Source: Fimbriimonadia bacterium
GTDB taxonomy: Bacteria > Armatimonadota > Fimbriimonadia > Fimbriimonadales > JABRVX01
Length of the DNA stretch: 64,000 bases
Assembly: GCA_041483895.1 (NCBI GenBank)
Contig: JBGPGO010000005.1
Span: 32,001 to 96,000 of the forward strand
Direction of reading: 5' to 3'
The notes below the pieces were generated by a model that saw nothing but the letters and a program-made list of their open reading frames with translations, was not told where the DNA came from and did no database searches. How positions within the stretch are numbered: position 1 is the first letter of the stretch; every line of letters begins with the position of its first letter. The position numbers and the translations under genes are program-made. Shown here piece after piece: positions 1 through 13,548 of the stretch.

Positions 1-182
1 TGGGTCGGTTCGAGCCCCGAGTCCAGGAGTACGACATGCACGTCCTCCTGGACCGAGACTCTTACCGCAGCACTCACCGAAGGGACAGTAAAGACTTCAA
101 AATCGTGGAGCCGCAGGCCAACTTCCAACACGCGCCGGACGGCGTCGTCGGCCTCGGCAAGGACCAGCTTCACAGCACACAT
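1..182 (-). CDS. Response-regulator receiver-like domain protein (partial, runs off window start; not in ORF track)
   Basis: Manual translation from ATG at 182 gives MCAVKLVLAEADDAVRRVLEVGLRLHDFEVFTVPSVSAAVRVSVQEDVHVVLLDSGLEP, a CheY-like pattern (hydrophobic strand, acidic residues, VVLLD). AGGAG lies 6 nt upstream. Confidence 0.65.
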   Translation of the reverse strand, partial: MCAVKLVLAEADDAVRRVLEVGLRLHDFEVFTVPSVSAAVRVSVQEDVHVVLLDSGLEPT

Positions 183-491
183 ACAGCACTCCTATGGAGC
201 CGAAGACGCATGGAGACAGCAGGTCAGTCGTGGGAGTTGATCCCTTTCGCTTTTCGCCAATCAATCCAAGCGTGCCTCGGCACGAACTCAATCCCTATGC
301 GGTCCTTTTCGGGTCGCTGCCCGGACCGTCGCTGAACTCGTTTGAAGCAGAATGTGTGCCACTGAATTAGAAGCTGCCTAGATTTAGAGCAATCCGCGTA
401 GAATCACACGGAACAATAGGAGAATTCTTACGTCTGTCGACAAATCTCATGACATTCTTTGGGGCATTTCTCGGACCATAATGGAGTTGCT

Positions 492-1400
492 ATGAAAGAA
501 CTAATGAAGATAGTGGTCGGCTACGACGGATCGGATTGCTCGGAAGCGGCCCTGATCGACCTCGGCCGGGCAGGGCTTCCGGAAACGGGCGAGGCGGTGA
601 TCGTCAATGCCGCCGACATCTGGCCATCCTATTATGACGAGGAGCCGCCAACTGACAAAATTCGAATCGGTGACGAGGCATTTGCCTTTGTCGAAGAGGC
701 GGTTGATCTGGCGGAAACCGCCAAGACCAAGCTCCAGGCCGTGTTGCCGCATTGGAAGATCACACCAATTGGCTCCGGAAAAGGACCGGGACCGGCCCTG
801 ATCGACCGGGCGGACAAAGTGGATGCGGACCTGATCGTGGTCGGTTCGCATGGAAAGTCGGCGCTCAGCACCCTGTTCATGGGCAGCGTATCGCAAATGG
901 TCCTGCATGAGTCTGGAAGGTCTGTGCGAATTGCCAGGGGCCTGAAAGATGCCTACGGCCCACCAAAGCTGATTGTAGGCGTGGACGGCTCGAAAGACTC
1001 TGACGCCGCCTTGGAAGCCCTATCAGCGAGACGCTGGCCGGAGGGAACCCTCGTCAAAGCAATGTGCGCCATCGACATCAAGATGTCCCTCATTGTTTCC
1101 AGCCCGTTGCCGCAGGTGGCGGTATGGACGGACCCATACGACAAGGACCACCACGCCGCCATGCGCCGCATCGTCGAGGCGGGGGCGGAAAGGCTGCGCG
1201 CCGGAGGTCTGACGCCGAAAGCCATGGTGATCGACGGGTCGCCAACGGCCGTGCTCGTCGAGGAGGCCCGGAATTGGGGCGCGGACTGCATCTTCCTTGG
1301 CGCGAAAGGGCTGGGAGCGTTCGACCGGTTCCTGATGGGCAGCGTTTCCTCCGCCGTCGCGGCGCGGGCGCCGTGTTCCGTCGAGGTTATTCGATCCTAA
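492..1400 (+). CDS. Universal stress protein, tandem UspA domains
   Basis: Two copies of (I)VG(Y/V)DGS plus G(S/A)(H/K)G...MGSVS motifs. ATG 492 follows GGAG. Confidence 0.9.
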   Translation: MKELMKIVVGYDGSDCSEAALIDLGRAGLPETGEAVIVNAADIWPSYYDEEPPTDKIRIGDEAFAFVEEAVDLAETAKTKLQAVLPHWKITPIGSGKGPGPALIDRADKVDADLIVVGSHGKSALSTLFMGSVSQMVLHESGRSVRIARGLKDAYGPPKLIVGVDGSKDSDAALEALSARRWPEGTLVKAMCAIDIKMSLIVSSPLPQVAVWTDPYDKDHHAAMRRIVEAGAERLRAGGLTPKAMVIDGSPTAVLVEEARNWGADCIFLGAKGLGAFDRFLMGSVSSAVAARAPCSVEVIRS

Positions 1401-1487
1401 AAAACGTACTGGCACAATTGGGAATCTAGTGGTATTATGGCTGGGTACACCTTTACTTTATTTTTGTTTGCCTAATCTGGAGTAAAA

Positions 1488-2585
1488 ATGAATATTTGCC
1501 TGAAAGGGCTGCTGGGTACAGCGGTCGCTGTGGTAGCGACGTGTTCCCAGGCTCAATTCTCTGTTGCTTCGTTTGAGTGGCTTGGTACGCTGGGTGGCAC
1601 GGAAAGCTTCGCATTTGGCGTAAATTCCTTTGGAAAAACCACCGGTTGGTCGCTCAATTCCTCGCTCGCTACTCGCGCCTTTTTCTACGATTCCGCTATG
1701 TCTTCCCTGCCCCTCCTGGCCGGTTGGAACTCGGCTGAAGGGCATGACATCAACGACCAGGACTGGATTGTCGGGTCGGCGTCCACCGCAGCCGGAACCG
1801 TATCCTTCATGTACCAGCTCGGCACGCCGACGGAACTGACCGGAATTTCCGGCGCGACCGATATGACCGCTTGGGGATTGAACAGCGCCGGGACCGTCGT
1901 GGGGAGCGCGACGTTTGCCTCGGGGGATCGGGCGTTCATTCATTCCGGCGGTATCGGCCAGATTTTGGGGCCGCTGCCCGGCGGCAATACTCGGTACGCG
2001 GGGGACATCAACGATTCCGGATGGATCGCCGGCAGCGGCATCGTGTCCACCGACATTGGGCCGCGCGAACGGGCGTTTCGCTATAACGGAACGGATTATG
2101 AAATCGTGCCGATCGTGGACGGATATGCCAGCGCGGTCGGAAAACGATTGAACGCGGCGGGCGACGAGGTCGGTTTCATGAAGTCCCTGGACGCTGTCAC
2201 GACGCACGCATTCTTTTACGGCAGCGGGGGATTGGTCGAAATCAGCACCTTCGGCGGGCTGGTGAGCGTTGCGAACGGGATTAGCGAGAAAGGCTTTGTG
2301 GTCGGGTCGGCGAAGAAGGCCGACAAATTCGACCGTGCCTTCATTTGGGACGCCGGCACGCTGACCGATCTCAACGTCCTTGTGTCTTCGTACCTGGCGC
2401 CCGGCAGTTCGCTGAAGGATGCGCAGGATATCCAGGGCAATTGGATTGTCGGCAACGGCTACAACTCGGTTTCGAAGCGCAATGAAGGCTGGCGCATCCA
2501 ACTCGTTCCGGAACCAATGGCGGTGATTGCCTTTGCGATAGGACTGATGGGAGCACTCCGGCGCAGGCAGAGGGAACGGCGGTAG
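1488..2585 (+). CDS. HAF-repeat extracellular protein with PEP-CTERM sorting signal
   Basis: Signal peptide; repeats LGTLGG..S.A.GVN/DIND..(H/R)AF; C-terminal VPEP, hydrophobic helix and RRRQRERR. Confidence 0.9.
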   Translation: MNICLKGLLGTAVAVVATCSQAQFSVASFEWLGTLGGTESFAFGVNSFGKTTGWSLNSSLATRAFFYDSAMSSLPLLAGWNSAEGHDINDQDWIVGSASTAAGTVSFMYQLGTPTELTGISGATDMTAWGLNSAGTVVGSATFASGDRAFIHSGGIGQILGPLPGGNTRYAGDINDSGWIAGSGIVSTDIGPRERAFRYNGTDYEIVPIVDGYASAVGKRLNAAGDEVGFMKSLDAVTTHAFFYGSGGLVEISTFGGLVSVANGISEKGFVVGSAKKADKFDRAFIWDAGTLTDLNVLVSSYLAPGSSLKDAQDIQGNWIVGNGYNSVSKRNEGWRIQLVPEPMAVIAFAIGLMGALRRRQRERR

Positions 2586-2763
2586 GTCCTCGCCCTATTA
2601 GATGGAAACAAATTTCGAGGAGGACCGCATGGCCCCTCGGAAACCGCGTTTGCTGTTCGTCCCGAAGGAATTGGGGATGAAATATGTCTCCGTTCCCATC
2701 CAGGCATGGCAGACTTTATCCCCCTGCTTTGCGGAAGTGGCTGAGAAAGGGGGGGGGGTTCAA

Positions 2764-2786
2764 TCGCTTCGCTCCTTCGGAATGAC
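2764..2786. repeat. Arm of palindromic repeat family A
   Basis: tcgcttcgctccttcggaatgac is identical to 15068-15090 within hemW. Confidence 0.8.
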
Positions 2787-2816
2787 GACGTGGGCGCCCT
2801 TCGCGTACGGTGAACT

Positions 2817-3509
2817 TCAATCGCCGAAAGCAACCTTCGATCCATCCGCGAGGGTCATCTTGCACTCACGAATTACATAATCATGACTGAAGCGTATGAG
2901 GGAGCGAATGTCACTGAACGTGAGTTTGATCCGTCGAATTAGCCGGTTCTTCTCATCGACCCAAATTTTCCCGCCTAGATTCTGCACGCCTGTATTATAA
3001 AGCAATTCTGGCACACCGAATACATCACAAACGGCTCCATTGAGAGTCTCGCTGCCTTGGTATGTCGCATGAGATAACTGGAACGATTCCACGACCGAAT
3101 AGACATGCATGTCGGGATCGAGGAACGGCAAAACGACGGACAGAGCGTTTGCGCTGGTCTCTTCTGACGAAAGAGACTTGTGAGGTCGCGCTCCGTGAGA
3201 CTGCCGCACAAATATCGTGTGAAAGTCCTCGCGGGATGTGGGGGTCGACCGATCCATCTGGTAGAGCTCATCCCACTCATCCCACGAAACGGTAAAGGTG
3301 CCGACATCGCAATAGTTGGTCGCTGAATCATATAACTGAAGCGTTTGGCTGACCAGCCTCTTGCCAACTGGGGCATTCGACAAAATGGCCGACCAATCGG
3401 TTGGCACTTGAAAGGTCTGCCATAGTGCATGTTGGACGTCGCCACGGGCTGCCAGAGCGACCGCCGCGAACATCGCTGCAGACATGAATAGTATTGCCGT
3501 TTGTTTCAT
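2817..3509 (-). CDS. Secreted hypothetical protein, possibly LolA/LppX-like fold
   Basis: Signal peptide. The C-terminal GSETLNGAVCDV...KIWVDEKNRLIRRI pattern is typical of LolA-like proteins. Confidence 0.5.
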   Translation of the reverse strand: MKQTAILFMSAAMFAAVALAARGDVQHALWQTFQVPTDWSAILSNAPVGKRLVSQTLQLYDSATNYCDVGTFTVSWDEWDELYQMDRSTPTSREDFHTIFVRQSHGARPHKSLSSEETSANALSVVLPFLDPDMHVYSVVESFQLSHATYQGSETLNGAVCDVFGVPELLYNTGVQNLGGKIWVDEKNRLIRRIKLTFSDIRSLIRFSHDYVIRECKMTLADGSKVAFGD

Positions 3510-3537
3510 CGCGCTTGACCCCTCCAGAGGATTGAAC

Positions 3538-4925
3538 TCATGGACTTAGTTCCGGGCTGGTGTCGGTCCCCTTCGTCGATTCGCATACAAGGCGGAGCCG
3601 CTTACCTTGCGTGAGGGCGAAGGCGGTGCTGAGGAAACCCATACCCTCCAACACATTGGCATCAAGGACCTTGGTGTCGCCGGCGAATCCGACCAGGTGG
3701 ATATTGAGCTTCCATGTATCGCAATCCTTGCCGTCCAAATAGACTCTCACAACGCCGGAGTCAATTCGTTCGATGACCGTTTTTGCGCCTTGGGATGCCA
3801 GGCTCGAAGGTTCCCAGATAACCTTCCTTGAGGTTCCATCCTTGGCGGCAGTTGCCGGGGGTAGGGTCTTGCCATTCGCCAGGACATACTCGTTCGAATT
3901 CTCGTCCCAATGAATATCAAGCGCATTCATCTCAGTCACCATCTGTTCCCACGGCTTGGCGAATGCGGAATGGCCCGGAGACAAGCTGATATATCGCCCG
4001 CTAGGATAAACGTCGCCAAGCAAATGTAACATCTGTTCCTGAACCTTCTCAAGTAGACCGAAGTTCGATGATATAGTACTATCAGTCCTTAGTTTCTCAA
4101 CTATCTCCCACGGCATGTCAGTAGGGCGAAGAGGTATTGTTCGCATTTTCCCGATTTTCATCAAGCGATCAAGCAATAAAAACACTGCATGACGAATCGG
4201 CATGCCGAAAATCGAATGAGGAGGTATCGGGGACAATGGGATGCCGTCAACGAGATAGTAGGGGTAGTACGGCACTTGTTGAGGGTCTGCCGGTATCTCA
4301 AACACCATGTTGACGGTGCACTCTGATGTGTTGCCTCCCAGTCGCAAGAACTCTCGCAAAATGGCGAGCCCCTGCGGCGCCCCCAAGGAAACGATCGCGT
4401 TCACTTCCTTGATGACGTCTATGGGATTGAAGTCACTGTACTCGCTGAATGGATGGCTATAACCACTCGGTTCTTGTCGATGCTTGCCACTAGAGGCGTG
4501 GAGGAATCTCAAGCCGCGACACATGGTCTGCTCGTCGATTGTTGCTGGTTGTGGCGCGTCCCAAGGGAAATGATGTTCCACCTTGCCATTTCCGTCGAAC
4601 CTAACGAGTCCAAGAATCGGGAAGTCGTCGGTCGGTATCGTTCCATACAGCCATTCGATCCCATTGGGCTTGCCGTCATATCGGCGCGCTTCTCGCTTCA
4701 AATCCGGCGTTCCGAGCAGCTTTGCGACTTGTTCTTTGGTCATGCCGTACTTGACCTGGTTCATCTGCGTTTGTAACCGCATTCGGATGCCCGGCTCGAT
4801 GCGCTCCGCAGGATTTTGCGGGACGGCAGCAAGCCTCGAAGGCGCCCCGGTCGTCTCCGGCGACCTTATTCCGCAACCAACACCGAAGGCAGTGAAAACA
4901 ATCGCCGGAATGGCAAAGTATAGTT

Positions 4926-4929
<4 letters not shown>
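3538..4929 (-). CDS. Putative lipoprotein with SmpA/BamE-like N-terminal domain (paralog 2)
   Basis: MKLYFAIPAIVFTAFGVGC lipobox-like signal; VKYGMTKEQVAKLLGTP motif. Start overlaps the upstream stop (ATGA). Confidence 0.7.
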
Positions 4930-8565
<3,636 letters not shown>

Positions 8566-8864
8566 CGTGGGTCTAGGTTCTAGTAGTTGTTTAAGAAAAT
8601 GGCAAACTGACCCACGGCTACTCAAAATCGAATTACGTTATCAAACGGGTTTTTGCCTATCCCCGCATTTGTCCGCTTCGGGGGGACGCGACGGCGTGGT
8701 ACAACCGGGTGTCAGGGAAAGATAGATGCGCGGCGAAGCAGAGAAACTTGAAATGATTGTGAGGAGATAACTCGCCCAATGATAGGTGCAGGGGGCCGAG
8801 CCACCCCAAGGTAAGGAAGAATGAACTTGATTTGCCCTTGATGAAGCAAAGGTCAAGGGTTGAG

Positions 8865-8912
8865 GCGGACCCCTATGCGACCGGTCTCCCGACCGCGTCG
8901 CATGGGGTCCGC
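8865..8912. repeat. Intergenic hairpin containing repeat family C
   Basis: gcggacccc-t-atgcgaccggtctcccgaccgcgtcgcat-ggggtccgc. The core nearly matches the copies at 15199-15229 and 11938-11968. Confidence 0.8.
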
Positions 8913-8936
8913 TTGTTATTTGGGGTAGAACAGGAC

Positions 8937-9224
8937 ATGCCCACGTATGTGGGGGTAGCCACCCTGGACATGGCGCTTCCCGCGACCCAATCCCTCAAGG
9001 ACAAACGCGCGATTGTGCGTAGCGGCATCGCCACGGTGCAGAACCGCTTCAAGGTCGCGGCGGCGGAAGTGGGAGCGCTCGGTACGTTTCGGCGGGCGGA
9101 GGTTGCCATTGCGGCGGTGGGAAACAATCGGGCTTCTTTGGAATCCCTATTGGATGGCGCGGTACGGCATTTGGAACGCGATCCCCGATGGATATTGGAA
9201 GGCGTGAGCGTGGAGTTTCTGTGA
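8937..9224 (+). CDS. DUF503 (YlxP-like) protein
   Basis: SLKDKR...RFKVAAAEV motif; usual position before rbfA. Confidence 0.85.
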   Translation: MPTYVGVATLDMALPATQSLKDKRAIVRSGIATVQNRFKVAAAEVGALGTFRRAEVAIAAVGNNRASLESLLDGAVRHLERDPRWILEGVSVEFL

Positions 9225-9571
9225 AGGCACGACTGGTTCAGGTCGAATCGATGTTGGTGGAGAAGATATCTGGCATCCTTCGCCGAGAGGTGACGGATCC
9301 GCGTGTCGGTTTCGCCACGGTGACTCGGGTGCGCGTGTCGCCGGACCTCAACGAGGCATATGTGGACGTGAGCGTTTTGGGAAGCCCGGAGGAGCAGGCT
9401 CTGACCATCGAGGCGCTTCAAAAGGGCGCGGGGTTTATTCAGCATCATCTGGGCAAACAGATTCATTTGCGGCGAACGCCCCATCTGCATTTCGCCCTCG
9501 ACCACACGCCGGAGGAAGCGATACGGCTGACGCACATCATCGATGAAGCGCCGAAGGGCACAGGCGAGTGA
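9221..9571 (+). CDS. rbfA: Ribosome-binding factor A
   Basis: DPRVGFATVTRVRVSPDL..A and LRRTPHLHF motifs. GTG start overlaps the DUF503 stop. Confidence 0.92.
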   Translation: MKARLVQVESMLVEKISGILRREVTDPRVGFATVTRVRVSPDLNEAYVDVSVLGSPEEQALTIEALQKGAGFIQHHLGKQIHLRRTPHLHFALDHTPEEAIRLTHIIDEAPKGTGE

Positions 9572-10536
9572 AGCCGGTCGAGCAGGCAGCCGAGACACTG
9601 CGTCGGGCAAACAAGATACTGATCGGCGCGCACGTCAATCCGGACGGCGATGCGCTGGGGAGCGCGTTGGCGCTGACCTGGGCGCTGCGGGCGGCCGGCA
9701 AAACGGTCGAGCCGCTCTGCCAGGACCCGGTGCCGGACAACCTGCATTTTCTTCCCGGTTCGGATTGGTTGCGCGAATCGCCCACATTCACCGACTGCGA
9801 TTTGGGGGTGCTGGTGGACCTGGAAGGCCTATCCCGACTTGGGCGCTTGGCTCAGATATTCGAACAGGCTCCTCACCTAATGACGATCGATCATCATATT
9901 CCAGACCAGGCGGTCGGCGACGTTCGCTTTATCGATCCCGAGGCGGCATCCACTTCGGAGCTGATCTATGCCGTGCTCCGCGAATTTGGAGCGACCATAG
10001 ACAAGAATGTCGCGACCTGCTTGCTGACTGGGTTGGTCACCGACACCGGCGGATTCAAGTTTCCCAACACCAAGCCGCGTCATTTGGTGCTTGCGGGCCG
10101 GCTGATGCGCGCAGGGGCAAACCTGACAACGATCTTTGAAGAGGCGTATGAAAAGCGCAGCTTCGGGGCGCAGCAGCTACTGGGCCGTGCCTTATCGGGA
10201 TTGCAGCGATCGAAGGACGGTCATGTTGTTTGGGCGGTGATCCGGCACGCCGATTTCCGCGACACGGGATCGGCGGATGAGGACACTGACGGGATCGTCA
10301 ATCATGTACGCGCTGTGGAATCGAGCGAGGTGGGAGTTCTCTTTCGCGAAACCATGCCGGGACGGGTCCGAGTCAGCCTGCGGGGCCGGGGCCGCGTCAA
10401 TGTCGCGTCGATTGCGAAGGCGTTCGGTGGCGGCGGACACGCGAACGCGGCTGGCTGCTCTTTTACAATGGATGTGGACGAGGCGGTGCGGCAAACGCTG
10501 GCGGAGGTCGAAAAATGGACGGCTTCCTTATCGTAA
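9568..10536 (+). CDS. nrnA: DHH/DHHA1 phosphoesterase (NrnA-like)
   Basis: HVNPDGDALGS, IDHH, TDTGGF, GGGGH.NAAG. Confidence 0.9.
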   Translation: MKPVEQAAETLRRANKILIGAHVNPDGDALGSALALTWALRAAGKTVEPLCQDPVPDNLHFLPGSDWLRESPTFTDCDLGVLVDLEGLSRLGRLAQIFEQAPHLMTIDHHIPDQAVGDVRFIDPEAASTSELIYAVLREFGATIDKNVATCLLTGLVTDTGGFKFPNTKPRHLVLAGRLMRAGANLTTIFEEAYEKRSFGAQQLLGRALSGLQRSKDGHVVWAVIRHADFRDTGSADEDTDGIVNHVRAVESSEVGVLFRETMPGRVRVSLRGRGRVNVASIAKAFGGGGHANAAGCSFTMDVDEAVRQTLAEVEKWTASLS

Positions 10537-11372
10537 ATAAACCCGTCGGTCCCACATCCCACGACGTGGTCAGCCGGGTCCGGAAGGTGTTCAACATCAA
10601 GAAGGTCGGCCATGCCGGGACGCTGGACCCGCTCGCATCCGGGGTTCTTGTCATGGCGATCGGGCGCGCAACGCGGCTGCTCAGCTATGTCCCCCTGGAG
10701 CCGAAGGGCTACCGATTCACGCTCTGCCTGGGAGCGCAGACAACAACGCAGGACTTGGAGGGCGAGCTGATCCACGAAGTCGATGCCTCTGCCATATCGC
10801 GCGATGATGTTGCGGGCGTTTTGCCGCGATTCACGGGGGAGATTGAGCAGGTCCCGCCGATGCATTCGGCCGTGCATCACGAAGGGCGACGTCTCTATCA
10901 ACTGGCGCGGCAGGGGATTGAGGTGGAACGCCCGCCGCGTACGGTAACGATTCACCGGCTAGAGATTGTCGGCTTTTCCGCCGGCGTCCGGGCGCTTGTG
11001 GAGATTAACTGTGAATGCTCCGGCGGGACCTATATGCGAACGCTCTGCCATGATATCGGCGAGGCGCTTGGGGTGGGCGGATATATGCAGCAGCTTCATC
11101 GCACACAGTGCGGAGCGTTTTTCGATCGGGATGCGGTTTCGCTCAACGAACTTTCCGTCGATTTTCCGCTATTGCCGGCGCTCACCGTGTTGCGGCAATA
11201 TGACCGGTTCCGACCGGGCGAGACGGGGTTGGCGAAAGTGCTGCATGGCAACGAGGTGCGCCCAACAAAGCCGCCGGCGACACCTATCGTATGTATTATT
11301 GATGGCGAAGAGTTGGTCGCCCTCGCGCGCTGGGATCCTCCCTATCTGCGTCCGTTCTTGGTTCTCAATTAG
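10515..11372 (+). CDS. truB: tRNA pseudouridine(55) synthase
   Basis: NKPVGPTSHDVV, KVGHAGTLDPLASGVL, CSGGTYMRTLCHDIG. Confidence 0.95.
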   Translation: MDGFLIVNKPVGPTSHDVVSRVRKVFNIKKVGHAGTLDPLASGVLVMAIGRATRLLSYVPLEPKGYRFTLCLGAQTTTQDLEGELIHEVDASAISRDDVAGVLPRFTGEIEQVPPMHSAVHHEGRRLYQLARQGIEVERPPRTVTIHRLEIVGFSAGVRALVEINCECSGGTYMRTLCHDIGEALGVGGYMQQLHRTQCGAFFDRDAVSLNELSVDFPLLPALTVLRQYDRFRPGETGLAKVLHGNEVRPTKPPATPIVCIIDGEELVALARWDPPYLRPFLVLN

Positions 11373-11440
11373 AAATTGTGGCCGCGGGTCCGTCTGCCGA
11401 TGCCTTTCGATTGGCAATTCCTAAAGGCCTGCGGAGTGTG

Positions 11441-12871
11441 CTACTTCCCAACTTCCGCTGAGTCTTTCGCTTCCTGCAAGGTGGGGTCCAACTCCACGGC
11501 GATGATCTTGCCAATGCGCTCGGATGCCCCCACGTTTACAGCGATCATGTGTTGCGCATTCTCCCCGATCTCACGGCGGAGGTCCGGGTTTTGCAGCAGC
11601 TCAAGCAGCTCTTCTGCCACGGATTCCGCCGTGTCTAAGCGAAAGCCGACCCCTTCCCTTTCCGCCATCTCGGCGATGTCGCGAAAGTTGCTCATCGCGG
11701 GACCGTAGATTGTCGGCAGGCCGAGCGCCAGCGGCTGAAAGATGTTCTGCCCGCCGAAGCCACCGAAACCGCCGCCGACAATCGCAACGTCCCCCGCGCC
11801 ATAGGCCCGACCCAGCTCGCCGAAGGTGTCCAGGAGGAGGCAGTCCGAACCCTTCACAGTGCGACTGTGAAGGGATGCCTCTAGGATCCCCTCCCCCGCT
11901 TGCGGGGGAGGGTTAGGGTGGGGGTCTTCCGCAGCGGCTTGCGACTCGGTCAGGAGACCGGTCGCATCACATTTTTTGGGACCGGACGCATCGCTCGATC
12001 GTCTTCGTGGCGTGAAGCCGAAGCTGCGAATGGTCGCTTCCACTTCATCCGCGCGCTCGATGTGTCGAGGGGCGAGGATGAACGTTAGGTCGGGCAGTTT
12101 CTCGCGCACTTGGCGCAAAGCGGACAGGACCAGTTCCTCTTCTTCCGTGCTCCGCGTGCTGCCGACGACGACACACGGCACACCCGCGGAAATGCCGAAT
12201 TCCTGTCGCGCCTCGCCGGGAGAGAGCGTGGGACCGATGGCCTGATCGAACTTCGTATTGCCAACGTTAACAACGCGCAACGGATCAGCCCCAAGCGCAA
12301 TAATCCGTTCCGCGTCGATAGCGGACTGCATCAAACACCGGTGCACGTACCTCAGCATCGCGCGATAAAAAGATCGGAGCCGCATGGCTCGTGGAAAGCT
12401 CCGATCGGAAAGACGCCCATTAATCAGAAAGCACTTGGCCCCAACCACGTCCGCCGCCCACAGGAAGTTGAGCCACAGCTCCGTCTCCATCATCACCACG
12501 GCCTTCGGACGCACCGCCAGCATCGCGTTCAGCGTCCACCGCGCGACGTCCATCGGAAAGTAGATCAGATGATCGAAGAGCCCATCCGCCCCGTCGCGCG
12601 CGGCTTGCTGACCACTGCTGGTGGTGGTGCTCAAAACGATTTCGAATCCCGGCATCTTTTCGCGCAGCTTTTTCAGAACGGGCACAGCCGCATGCACCTC
12701 GCCGACCGATACCGCGTGCAGCCAGATCCGATCCGGTCCCGGGGCGAGCGGTACGCGACCCATCCGCTCGGCCCTCCGCACTTTTTCGCGACGCCGGCGC
12801 GAGCGGAACCAGGCCCAAGGCAGCCAGAACGGCGAGACAAGCGTGACCAGGATATTGTAAATCCAAAACAT
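11441..12871 (-). CDS. waaA: Kdo transferase with an in-frame ~40-aa repeat-derived insertion
   Basis: IWLHAVSVGE, METELW, NGRLSDRS, GNTKFD, LAPRH.ER, LDTFGEL, GGQN. Confidence 0.93.
   Translation of the reverse strand: MFWIYNILVTLVSPFWLPWAWFRSRRRREKVRRAERMGRVPLAPGPDRIWLHAVSVGEVHAAVPVLKKLREKMPGFEIVLSTTTSSGQQAARDGADGLFDHLIYFPMDVARWTLNAMLAVRPKAVVMMETELWLNFLWAADVVGAKCFLINGRLSDRSFPRAMRLRSFYRAMLRYVHRCLMQSAIDAERIIALGADPLRVVNVGNTKFDQAIGPTLSPGEARQEFGISAGVPCVVVGSTRSTEEEELVLSALRQVREKLPDLTFILAPRHIERADEVEATIRSFGFTPRRRSSDASGPKKCDATGLLTESQAAAEDPHPNPPPQAGEGILEASLHSRTVKGSDCLLLDTFGELGRAYGAGDVAIVGGGFGGFGGQNIFQPLALGLPTIYGPAMSNFRDIAEMAEREGVGFRLDTAESVAEELLELLQNPDLRREIGENAQHMIAVNVGASERIGKIIAVELDPTLQEAKDSAEVGK
11850..11968. 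repeat. Composite of palindromic repeats D, B and C inside waaA
   Basis: D 11850-11875, B 11887-11926, C 11938-11968. Each has other copies elsewhere in the window. Confidence 0.88.
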
Positions 12872-13533
12872 CAGGAGACCAGCTCTTCAGCCCGCGCTTC
12901 CAAACGGTCGATCTCTTTGGCCAGGCATTCGGCGAGCGCGGCTTCCCTTTCGGCGCACATGTCGGCCTGGACGATGACGGGCTTGCCAAAGACAATGGCG
13001 GCGCGGGCGAACGGCGCGGGGATCAGATAGCTGTCCCATGTCGGGATCAGTTTGCGCGGGCGGGCGCTGATGCCGACGGGGATGATTGGGCGGCCCGATT
13101 TCTTCGCGATCAGCAGGGCGCCTTCGCCGAACTTCTTGGTGGGCCCGCGCGGTCCGTCGGGGGTTACGGTCAAGATGCCCCCTTCCCCCACGCGCTTGGC
13201 GGCTTCCAGCGCCGCACGAATTCCGCCGCGCCCGGTGGAGCCCCGGATGATCTGGAAGCCAAATCTGCGGAAGATGCGGTTTTGGATTTCGCCGTCGCGC
13301 GAGAGGGAGATGATGGCCCATAAGCCCTGCTTGGCGAAGTAGTTGGCGGGAACGAACGACCGGCCGTGCCAGGACACCAGCACCGCGCCGCCATCCTTGG
13401 TGGCCTCATCGAGGTTCTCCTTCCCTTCGATTCGGTAGTGGAGGGTCTTGCCGACGAGCCGGGCGGCGGACCACACCAGCGCGCCCGCCACTCCCGGCCT
13501 CAACCCGTCCCACAGTTCACGGATCCTTCCCAT
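12871..13533 (-). CDS. DUF374 / lysophospholipid acyltransferase-family protein
   Basis: WHGR, ISLSRDGE, IRGSTGRGG, TPDGPRGP; coupled to waaA. Confidence 0.88.
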   Translation of the reverse strand: MGRIRELWDGLRPGVAGALVWSAARLVGKTLHYRIEGKENLDEATKDGGAVLVSWHGRSFVPANYFAKQGLWAIISLSRDGEIQNRIFRRFGFQIIRGSTGRGGIRAALEAAKRVGEGGILTVTPDGPRGPTKKFGEGALLIAKKSGRPIIPVGISARPRKLIPTWDSYLIPAPFARAAIVFGKPVIVQADMCAEREAALAECLAKEIDRLEARAEELVS

Positions 13534-13548
13534 TCGAGGGAATTCTAC

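Noticed and set aside
1..30. tRNA 3' end (ggttcgagccc)
   Set aside because: There is no acceptor stem or CCA, and the segment is the antisense of a receiver-domain CDS.
2602..2880. 92-aa ORF
   Set aside because: It runs through repeat-derived sequence (family A arm, G-run) and overlaps the convergent gene; likely spurious.
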